DNA of 23,236 bases from Octopus sinensis (taxonomy: Eukaryota). Location of the stretch: positions 1 to 23,236 of the forward strand of contig NW_021836665.1 in the NCBI RefSeq assembly GCF_006345805.1. Direction: 5' to 3'. How positions within the stretch are numbered: position 1 is the stretch's first letter; every line of letters starts with the position of its first letter. The translations under genes were made by a program, and so were the position numbers. Below the pieces are notes generated by a model that saw only the letters and a list, made by a program, of their open reading frames with translations, was not told the origin of the DNA and made no database searches. Shown here in pieces: positions 1 to 9,393 of this stretch.

Positions 1-68
1 GGAATACAGAAAGAAACAAGGAGAAAAATAAGAATGTATAGAAAAAAGAATATAAAGAAAATAAAGAA

Positions 69-100
69 TATATATATAGAGATAGATAGATAGATAATAT

Positions 101-171
<71 letters not shown>

Positions 172-172
172 T
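69..172. repeat. (ATAG)n microsatellite
   Basis: Near-perfect ATAG tandem array. Confidence 0.97.
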
Positions 173-176
173 ATCG

Positions 177-561
177 TGGTATTCCGTCGGTTACGACGGC
201 GAGGGTTCCAGTTGATCATCAGATTAACGGAACAGCCTGTTCGTGAAATTAACATACAAGTGGCTGAGCACTCCACAGACACGTGTACTCTTAACGTAGT
301 TCTCGGGGAGATTCAGCGTGACAGAGAGTGTGACAAGGCTGGCCCCTTTGAAATACAGGTACAACAGAAACAGGAAGAAAGAGTGAGAGAAAGTTGTGGT
401 GAAAAAATACAGCAGGGTTCGCCACAATTCCCTGTCGGAGCCTTGTGGAGCTTTAGATGTTTTCGCTCAATAAACACTCACTACACCCGGTCTGGGAATC
501 GAAACCGCAAGCCTACGATCGCGAGTCCGCTGCCTTAACCCCTGAGCCATTGCGCCTCCAC
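177..561 (-). mobile_element. Full-length tRNA-derived SINE, family A (head + body + shared 3' tail)
   Basis: Minus strand begins GTGGAGGCGCAATGGCTCAGGGGTTAAGGCAGCGGACTCGCG...GGTTTCGATTCCC (Pol III A and B boxes). Aligns by eye with 10364-10669, and its tail with 14799-14984 and 19921-20010. Confidence 0.9.
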
Positions 562-622
562 ACATACACATACACACACAAACATGCACACACACAATCA
601 CACACACACTCACATACACTCT

Positions 623-656
<34 letters not shown>
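562..656. repeat. (CA)n/(TA)n compound microsatellite
   Basis: Direct inspection. Confidence 0.93.
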
Positions 657-919
657 AAAGAGATCTTGGTATCCAGGAGACCCAAAATGGTAGGTAAGGC
701 TATGTAAGTGCTATACAAGGACCGTAGTTAGACTCCCGGTTTAATAATAGTATGGGTGAGGAGTCTAATGTGGATTGTGTGTGAGCATTTAGGCATACAT
801 ATTAAATGAAATGAGACAGCAAAGTAAGGGCAGAGTGAAATTTTTAGAACATTTATAAATTTCACACTACTTTCGGCGGGTGTCTCATTTTATTTAACAA
901 CACCACACACACACCCCAC

Positions 920-944
920 ATAATATATACAACATAATATATAC

Positions 945-997
<53 letters not shown>
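920..997. repeat. (TA)n microsatellite
   Basis: Direct inspection. Confidence 0.93.
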
Positions 998-1001
<4 letters not shown>

Positions 1002-1005
1002 ATAA

Positions 1006-1403
1006 CTAGCATTAGTATCGCCCGCGTTGCTCGGGTTTGTAAGGGAGAATAACTAACAGCATTTTTAGTTAGAGAGTTATAGCCAAAAAATAGCAAAAAA
1101 ATGCATTAAAAATGGAAAAAAATATGATGGTAAATTTTTTTTAAAATCGTTGACTCATCGTAGACATTTTTAGAGAGTTACTTCCTTTTAAAAAAATATG
1201 CATGAAAATGGAAAAAAAATGATGGTAATTATTTTTAAAATCGTAGACTCTCGTATATGCGTGCTAATACCCAGAAGGGCGGATATGAATCACGACTATA
1301 AGATACCCGGTTTTGGTTAAACTGCACAGCAAAATGTGGGAGTAGTTAGGAATCTAAATCGAAGGGGACAGACACTCACACAACTACAGTTTTATTTATA
1401 AAG

Positions 1404-1404
<1 letters not shown>
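1006..1404 (-). mobile_element. Non-autonomous Helitron, copy 1 (399 bp)
   Basis: Minus strand reads A|TCTTTATAAATAAAACTGTAG...ACCCGAGCAACGCGGGCGATACTAATGCTAG|T: 5'-TC, subterminal GC hairpin, 3'-CTAG, A/T insertion site, no TSD. Both ends are homologous to 13264-13771. Confidence 0.85.
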
Positions 1405-1443
<39 letters not shown>

Positions 1444-1452
1444 ATCTATATA

Positions 1453-1544
<92 letters not shown>

Positions 1545-1570
1545 GATAAATAGATAGATAGATACACACA
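1405..1570. repeat. Compound TA/TG/TC/ATAG microsatellite
   Basis: Direct inspection. Confidence 0.93.
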
Positions 1571-1571
1571 C

Positions 1572-1712
1572 GACCGTTTTCTTTCAGTTTCCGTCAAACA
1601 ACATCCACACACAATGCCTCGGTTGACTAGAGGCGAAAGTAGAAGACCTTTGCCCCAAGATGGCATGGCACGTAGTGGGACTGAACTCGGAACCATATGT
1701 TTGCGAAGTAAA
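1572..1712 (-). mobile_element. Diverged 5' part of a family B SINE
   Basis: Reverse complement matches 2110-2255 (CATATGGTTCCGAGTTCAGTCCCACTACGTG...GACGGAAACTGAAAGAA). Confidence 0.8.
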
Positions 1713-1842
1713 GTAATGGTATTTTTGATAGTGATTGCGTTTGTGGTGCTGGTGTTAGAGACGGTTGCAGTAATGGTTGCAGTAATGGTGGTTTTGAGAA
1801 TAGTAATGGTGGTGGTGGATGGTAAAAGGATGATGGCGTGGT
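1713..1842. repeat. Cryptic GTAATG/GTG simple repeat
   Basis: Degenerate tri- and hexanucleotide periodicity. Confidence 0.75.
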
Positions 1843-2091
1843 AGAACGACATTTCAGAGACACAGTTACTTACTTTCAAGTTACTAGTTTAGTTAGATTC
1901 GATTATCGATCAAATCAAAAGAACTAATGAAGACAAAAATAAACAAATAGATGATTATAGAAATAAATAAAGAAGGGAAAGGAGAAAGGAAGGAAGGAAG
2001 GAAAAGGAAATCAGAAAAAAGCTAATTCTCATACCGAAAGAGAAAATTGTGAAACAAGACAAATAATATTTCAAAAATTACAAATAAAGTA

Positions 2092-2503
2092 GGCGCAGGA
2101 GTGGCTGTATGTTAAGTAGCTTGCTTACCAACCACATGGTTCCGGGTTCAGTCCCACTGCGTGGCATCTTGGGCAAGTGTCTTCTGCTATAGCCTCGGGC
2201 CGACCAATGCCTTGTGAGTGGATTTGGTAGACGGAAACTGAAAGAAGCCTGTCGTATATATGTATATGTATGTATATGTGTGTGTGTTTGTGTGTCTGTG
2301 TTTGTCGCCCTAGCATTGCTTGACAACTGATGCTGGTGTGTTTACGTCCCCGTCACGTAGCGGTTCGGCAAAAGAGACCGATAGAATAAGTACTGGGCTT
2401 ACAAAGAATAAGTCCCGGGGTCGATTTTCTCGACTAAAGGCGGTGCTCCAGCATGGCCGCAGTCAAATGACTGAAACAAGTAAAAGAGTAAAAGAGTAAA
2501 AGA
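2092..2503 (+). mobile_element. Full-length tRNA-derived SINE, family B
   Basis: tRNA-like head (GGCGCAGGAGTGGCTGT...GGTTCCGGGTTCAGTCCC), CCTTGGGCAAGT-like core (here TCTTGGGCAAGT), internal TA/TG tract and tandem (AAAAGAGT)n tail. Homologous to 3194-3485 and 17783-18311. Confidence 0.92.
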
Positions 2504-2640
2504 GAGAGAGAGTAAATATATAGAGAGGTAGGTTGATGATATGTATGTGTGTGTGTGTATCCGTGCATTCGTGCGTGTGGGTGTGTATGTGTGTGTGTGT
2601 ATGTGTGCGGATAGAAAGGTGGCTAGCTATACATATAGAT

Positions 2641-2684
<44 letters not shown>

Positions 2685-2727
2685 AAGCTAAATAGATAGG
2701 TAGGTAGATAGATAGGTAGGTAGATAG

Positions 2728-2792
<65 letters not shown>

Positions 2793-3185
2793 GAAATAGA
2801 TAGATAGATAGATCGATAGATAGATAGATAGATAGATGGATGGATAGCTGGATGAATGGGTGGATGAATAGTTACCTGTATGGCTTGACGGAGAGATGCA
2901 TGCACACACACACACACACACACACACCCACACACACACACGCATACATGTCTATGTCCATATACACACACATAGAGACTGGAGCAGATAGAAAGACAGA
3001 GCGACAAATAAATGTGTAGATAGACGGATAAAGTGATAGATAAGTACATATATAGATAGACAGATAGATGGGGAATAGACAGACGGAAACGATACATTGA
3101 TGGCTGGAGAGATAGATTTATGGACAGATAGACGTTTAAGATATATAGACTGATTGATAGAGACATAGACAAATCGATTAATGTG
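2504..3185. repeat. Compound GA/TG/ATAG/TA/CA microsatellite block
   Basis: Direct inspection; accounts for the 413 aa low-complexity ORF. Confidence 0.9.
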
Positions 3186-3193
3186 TAGATTTG

Positions 3194-3485
3194 AGGTGTG
3201 GCTGTGTTGCTTCCCAACCATATGGTTACGGGTTCAGTTTCACTGGACAAGTGTCTTCTACTATTGCCTCGGGCCGACCAAAGCCTTGTGAGTGGATTTG
3301 GTAGACGGAAACTGAAAGAAGCCCGTCGTATATATGTGTATAGCGGTTCGGCACAAGAGACCGATAGAATAAGTACCAAGTTTACAAAAAATAAGTCATA
3401 GGGGTCGATTTCTTCGACTAAAAGGCGGTGCTCCAGCATGGCCACAGTCATAATACCTGAAACAAGTAAAAGAATAAAAGAATAA
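3194..3485 (+). mobile_element. Family B SINE with internal deletion
   Basis: Matches 2092-2503 but jumps from ATATATGTGTA (~3340) directly to TAGCGGTTCGG; ends in (AAAAGAAT)n. Confidence 0.9.
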
Positions 3486-3489
3486 ATGA

Positions 3490-3507
3490 ATATATATATA
3501 TATATAT

Positions 3508-3548
<41 letters not shown>

Positions 3549-3551
3549 GAG

Positions 3552-3619
<68 letters not shown>

Positions 3620-3915
3620 GGAGATGGATATGTAGGTAAATTTATAGATTGGTAAAGAGAGAGACAGATATATAGGTAGATAGTTGCGAAGGTAGATACA
3701 AGGTAAGTACACAGGTAGATCGACAGACAAATCGATCGATCGATAGAATGGTGGATAATTAGATAGACAATTAGTGAGATGGAGAAATAGATACGTATAC
3801 ATACAAGCAAATATAATCGTACATATATGCATACATACACACAGACATACACACACATACACACACACTCACACACACAGCATATCTAGGCAGACAGATA
3901 CATGGATATTAGATA
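3490..3915. repeat. Compound TA/GA/ATAG/CA microsatellite block
   Basis: Direct inspection. Confidence 0.88.
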
Positions 3916-3974
3916 AATAAATGGGAGACTGAAGGGAAGGCCAATGTGACGTAATTAAGTAACGAAATGAATAT

Positions 3975-4610
3975 GGCGGCGATGGTGAATCTGTCGTAGT
4001 TATTGTAACTGTGGTCGTGGTGGCGGTGATGGTGATGGTGGTTGTGGTGATGGTGATGGTGGTGGTGAATATAGTAGTGGCATTTACGGTGATGATGGTT
4101 GTCTGTGTTTGATGGTTGTATTAAAGGAGATGGCGGCGATTGTAGTAATGGTTGTTGTGGTGGTGGTGATGGAAGCGGTATTAATAGTAATGGTAATGGT
4201 AATGTTGGTGGTAGCGGTTGTGTTGTTGGTAGTAGCGTTGGTGATAGTGGTGTTGGTGTTGGTAAGGGTGGTGGGGACGGTAGCAACGGTTGTGGTAGTC
4301 GCCTTCGTGGTTTAATGATTATGGTGATAGTGATGTTGGTGATAGAGGTGGTGGTGTGGTGGTGATGGTGGTGGTAGTGATAGAAGTAGTGTTAGTGATA
4401 ATGGTTGTGGTAGTGGTAACTGTTCTTGTTTTTGATTGTTGTGGTTGTTGTTGTTGTGGTGATGGTGGTGGTGGCGAGGATTTTTCTTTTTATTTCTTGC
4501 TGTTGTTGTTGTTGCAGTGGTGGTAGTGGTGGTGGTGGTGGTGATGTTGCTGTTGGTGGTAGTAATGGTAGTGGGGTTGGGGAGGTGACTGCGCTGGTTT
4601 TGGTGATAAA
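3975..4610. repeat. Degenerate (GGT)/(GAT)/(GTT)/(GTA) trinucleotide field
   Basis: Triplet periodicity; gives poly-V/T/H ORFs in several frames. Confidence 0.9.
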
Positions 4611-5280
4611 GAAAGTAGGAAACGATATAAAGATGAAAGAGAAGGAATAAATGTGAAGAGAGAGAAAATACAAAAAACAAACAAACAAACAAACAAAACA
4701 AACACGGAATACCTGTAGAGGCGGGGCGGGGGTGGGTGATCTGAGGGATTGCGATAAATAACTATAGATACCAACTGATTGACGACAAAAATCGACAGAT
4801 CGATACGAATTAGAAGAATGATGTGAACAGTTTTTCAGCGTAGCTAATCGATACAGCAGCACGAAGACGAAGTTCACCTACTTCAATCGATTTTTCTAGA
4901 TGTAGCATAAAACCTGATTCATCGTCTAAATTGAGTAGAATAGGTGTTAAATCACCTCAAGATGTATTGAACACAGCGTTTTGTGTACGAGAGTATCGTT
5001 AAGTGGTGGTAGAGCTTGAGGAGGTTTGAGTCGGTGATACAGTTTCGATTCCTGATTTGTTGCTTAGAGTAATTTCGTTTCGTCTTTCGTTCATTTTTTC
5101 TATTCTTGGGATTGGTCTAGTTAGCGTGAAATAATAGCTGTAATCATATACCTGAATAGATAGAAATATAATGTCTGATTAAAGATGTATGGTAAAACAA
5201 TGGAAGTTTACTAAACTTGTGACTTGAAAGTAAGAAACTGTGTCTCTGAATTTTTATGCTATCTGAGTATCGTTATCATT

Positions 5281-5485
5281 CCCACCACCACCACCACCAC
5301 CACCACCACCACACCGCCACCGCCGCCGCCGTATACATACGCATGCATGCATACTTACATGCATGCATACTTACATGCATGCATACTTACATGCATGCAT
5401 GCATACATACATAGATAGATAGATAGATAGATACATACATACATACATACATACATACATACATACATACATACATACATACAAA
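5281..5485. repeat. (ACC)n, (ATGC)n, (ATAG)n, (ACAT)n compound microsatellite
   Basis: Direct inspection. Confidence 0.92.
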
Positions 5486-5777
5486 TATACATACGAACAT
5501 AAATCCTCTGTTGTTGATGTTGAAATTCCAATGAAGGAGCCTTGGATCTTAGTTAGAAACTATTGGCAAGAAATCTTGAAATAAAACTGAATAATTACAC
5601 CACACACACACACACACATACATACATACATGCATACATACATACATACATACATACATACAAATCCTCATACAGACGCCAAAGAAGCTGGAGTTAGTCT
5701 GCTTCGGCAAGACATAGATTATTTAGTAAAATCTATAAAAGGATTACGGTAAAGTTGAAATAGAGAGTTGAAAATTC

Positions 5778-5804
5778 AACGTTTCGGACAGAGCCCTTCT
5801 TCAA
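5778..5804 (-). mobile_element. Probable Penelope-like element terminal remnant with a degenerate hammerhead-like core
   Basis: Minus strand TTGAAGA-A-GGGC-TCT-GTCC-GAAACGTT resembles the CTGANGA-stemII-GAAACGT motif typical of PLE termini; C3 is T and stem I pairs poorly. Confidence 0.45.
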
Positions 5805-6270
5805 ATAAAAATTAGCCGGAGAGAAATAATATACCCGACAATATGATTCCTGTTGCTATTTAGGTCCTGATGTTTATCTCTGTTGATCGTTGAAATGAGA
5901 GATTAAATAGCGTTGATTTGCTTCGGACTTTCAATCTCTTGCTGGAGATGCAGAGGCACCGTTGTGACATATAGTGCACATTGGGTAGTTTTAAAAACTT
6001 CGTGGAACCTATAAATCTCCAAATCTGATCACAACTAATTTCTTTCAGAAAGAAAGACAAACGGACAGAAAAAATGAGAAGAATCGATCGCCGTTGAGAG
6101 CTTATTTATTGGCCACGATACATTGACAGCAATTTGGCAGAATTTGCACTCAGGGCACAGAGAACGACAGCGACTGCGTTCTCGTTGTAATGATTCTGCT
6201 AATTGGCCGTCTCAGAGACAACGACGACAACAACAAAAGCAAGCAACAGCAATAGACAAGGGTATTCGTA

Positions 6271-6284
6271 CCGCTAGATGGCGT
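6271..6284 (+). promoter_or_regulatory. CTCF-like motif
   Basis: CCGCTAGATGGCGT fits the CTCF core CC(A/G)(C/G)(C/T)AG(A/G)(G/T)GGC(A/G); sequence match only. Confidence 0.35.
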
Positions 6285-6429
6285 GACCTGATGCTTAAGT
6301 TCGTGATGTATCAAGTTCCTTCGCCTGTCTGGTATGCTCTGATACGGAAATACTCTAGCAGTTGTCAGTCTTTAATTCATTCTTTCTTCCGGTAAAACTA
6401 GTCATTATCATTGAAGAACAGCGAAGAGA

Positions 6430-6476
6430 ATGAGTGAGAGGAGAGTGAGAGGACAGAGAGAGCTAGAGAGAAGAGA

Positions 6477-6513
<37 letters not shown>

Positions 6514-6515
6514 TA
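6430..6515. repeat. (GA)n purine tract
   Basis: Direct inspection. Confidence 0.9.
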
Positions 6516-6845
6516 GGGAGCGTGCTCTACGCATGTCGTAATTAATATCATGTAGGAGGACGTAACACTAAGACACTGCATGTATCCAAGACCCGTACAG
6601 CAGCGCTCATTATTTCAGTGAAGAACGCACGCAATACAAATAAAACCATTAAGAATAAACTTATTTTCCTCTTTTTCGTTTTGAATACATATGCAGCAGA
6701 ATTAAAGAAAAAGAAAAAAAAAAATCAAATATTGCACATTACCAGAAGTTAGCTTCCTGCAGTTAAAATCCATCAATCACGCTGGCGAGAACGGCGAGAA
6801 GATATCTAAGATAACTCTCTAATGCACTACGATACAAAAACTCAC

Positions 6846-6943
6846 CAGATTTACACAATGCATCGATTCCTTTTCCCTTCTTCGTATTTCGAAGAATATT
6901 TTCATCCGACTTGCTGTTCAATTTAAATTCTACCATCCTTCCT
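6846..6943 (-). CDS. Candidate spliced coding exon (98 nt) of an unidentified gene: (x)GRMVEFKLNSKSDENILRNTKKGKGIDALCKS(G/D)
   Basis: Acceptor TTTTGTGTGTGATTTCAG|AGG, consensus donor CTG|GTGAGT, exactly one open frame of three, and an ATG (6936) in AGGATGG context. No homology recognised. Confidence 0.35.
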
Positions 6944-7197
6944 CTGAAATCACACACAAAACTTCAGGAGAATAAAGAAAAAATAGAAGATGGCGGGTGG
7001 AGTGGGTTGTTGAAAGAATGTAACAAGCAAAACTATGATGTAAGACATGGAACATTATTCGATTGCAAATGTAATATCCTTACTTTCGCTTTATTTCTTA
7101 CTCATTTATCTTTAATCATACGATGTTCCCTTTCTTTCCTTCTCTCATTCATCTCCCCCCCTCTCTCTCTCTTTTTTTTAAATTGTACCTCCACATG

Positions 7198-7205
7198 TCT
7201 GTCTG

Positions 7206-7272
<67 letters not shown>

Positions 7273-7285
7273 GCTAGCTAGCTAC
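7198..7285. repeat. (TATC)n microsatellite
   Basis: Direct inspection. Confidence 0.95.
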
Positions 7286-7389
7286 CTGTCCCCTCTGTGT
7301 TCAGCCCTGTGGGGGCCAATAAGGAAGGTTATCTATCTATCAATCTATCTGTTTGTTTAGCTGTCGATCTCTCTTTCCTCTCGCGGTTT

Positions 7390-7417
7390 GTGTGTATATA
7401 CAGTATAACTATATATA

Positions 7418-7471
<54 letters not shown>

Positions 7472-7478
7472 ATAATAT

Positions 7479-7548
<70 letters not shown>

Positions 7549-7634
7549 CATACATATATACATACACACACACATATAAATGCATGTATGTATGCGTGTG
7601 CGTGCGTGTATATATATCTCTCACGCTTCCCTTC

Positions 7635-7703
<69 letters not shown>

Positions 7704-7925
7704 ATATCTATCTATCTATCTGTCTATCTATATAATGTACATTTGTATTGAGGCATCTGTATAAATATGTATATATATACATATATATATATATATATGT
7801 ATATGTATGTATATATATACGTGTATGTAAATGTGTATATATACACATATGCACACACACACCTACACACACATATATACACACACAAAGAAACACACAC
7901 ACACACATGCACATGCATATAAAAA
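7390..7925. repeat. Compound TA/CA/TATC/TG microsatellite block
   Basis: Direct inspection. Confidence 0.92.
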
Positions 7926-8149
7926 CGTTGAATCTTCATAGCCACAGACGAATAAAGAAATGCAAAGAAGTAAAAGATAAAAAAAAAATAAACGTCAAAG
8001 AAATGAGGAAACAAAATATGTAGAAACAGACATGTCATATTTCAGTAATTTATAATTCCGAGAAAATAAAAGAAAAAAAAGCATAGAAAAAAAAGTACAA
8101 TTATGGAGAATATTTTAAAGATTACTATTGATTATCATTCGACTACTAT

Positions 8150-8339
8150 CAATATATTATCAATTTACAAATTATTATAATTATAATTATTATTAATAGT
8201 ATTATAATAATAATAACAATAATAATAATAATTACTATTATAATAATAATGAAAATAATAATAATAACAAAAACAACAACAACAATAATATTGTTTTTAT
8301 TACTATGACTATTAGTATTAATATCAATATTATTATTGA

Positions 8340-8377
<38 letters not shown>

Positions 8378-8429
8378 ATCATAATCATCATTTTTCTTCT
8401 TCTTCTTCTTCTTCTTATTATTATTACTA

Positions 8430-8471
<42 letters not shown>

Positions 8472-8472
8472 T

Positions 8473-8504
<32 letters not shown>

Positions 8505-8670
8505 TTTTCTTCTTCTTCTTCTTCTTCTTCTCCTTCTTCTTCTTCTTCTTCTCTTCTTCTTATTATTATTATTATTATCATTATTATCTTATTATTATTA
8601 TTATTATATTATTATTATTATTATTTTATCATTATTATTATTATTATTATATTATTATTATTGATTATTA
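8150..8670. repeat. (AAT)n-(ATT)n-(CTT)n-(CAT)n trinucleotide block
   Basis: Direct inspection. Confidence 0.93.
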
Positions 8671-8871
8671 ATTTCGATATCATTCTGGGGAGTTTTCTTT
8701 AAAAACGATGACATTTGTCAGCAGTTATTGTTCAAAAATTTAATTTATATCATATTGCTTGCAATAAAGAGATGAAAGATACCTAAAACTGGGAAACGAA
8801 TAAAAGTTTGCTCATCTTCGATTTCCTATAAGAAAAAAGAGCTCCTCCTCGTGTCACCCACACACTGCCTA

Positions 8872-9213
8872 ACACCATCATACTACTACTACTATTACTA
8901 TTACTATTACTACTAACATCAACAAACACACGCACGCACACGCACACGCATACAACTTCACAAACACGCCCCCACAAATACACACCATCACTAAGACCAA
9001 AATCATCACCGCCAGCACTACCACCATCACCAGCATCGGCATCACCACAACCACCACCATCACAACAACCACCACCACCACCACCACTACCACCACTATC
9101 ACCACCACCACCACAACTAACACCACCACCACCACCACCATCACTAGCACCACCACCATCACCACCGCGGCCGCCACCACCACCACCACCACCACCACCG
9201 CCACCACCACCAT
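8872..9213. repeat. (ACT)n/(CA)/(ACC)n block
   Basis: Direct inspection. Confidence 0.9.
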
Positions 9214-9299
9214 AAATTTAAAATATGAATTAGCAACAAAGACTTTCTGCAAACTAGTGATTCAAATCTTTTTATTTCTTGATTTATGTGTGTGATATG

Positions 9300-9393
9300 C
9301 GTACACACACACATGCACACACACGCACATACACACACACAACACACACACACACACACACACGCACACACACACACACACATGCACACACAT
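9300..9393. repeat. (CA)n microsatellite
   Basis: Direct inspection. Confidence 0.93.

Noticed and set aside
176-538. 120-aa ORF, and the similar ORFs at 14783-15001 and 10237-10653
   Set aside because: They are read-throughs of family A SINE sequence; the shared peptide reflects repeat homology, not a gene family.
495-561. tRNA gene interpretation of the SINE heads (also 2092-2160, 10905-10982, 15050-15123)
   Set aside because: A/B-box-like motifs are present but there is no intact cloverleaf, and each is fused to a SINE body.
2627-3868. 413-aa ORF, the longest in the track
   Set aside because: Built from IYLS/CV/SL microsatellite translations plus an antisense SINE; its lack of stops follows from SSR composition.
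4720-4736. GC box / G-quadruplex-like GGCGGGGCGGGGGTGGG
   Set aside because: Only three runs of 3 or more G, an isolated motif, and no supporting promoter context.
3909-4877. Poly-Pro/Thr/His/Val ORFs in several frames
   Set aside because: Trinucleotide repeats open in multiple frames and strands; no start or splice support.
6123-6395. 90-aa + strand ORF
   Set aside because: Non-ATG start, no recognisable domain and no splice signals; its length is compatible with chance in a GC-richer patch.
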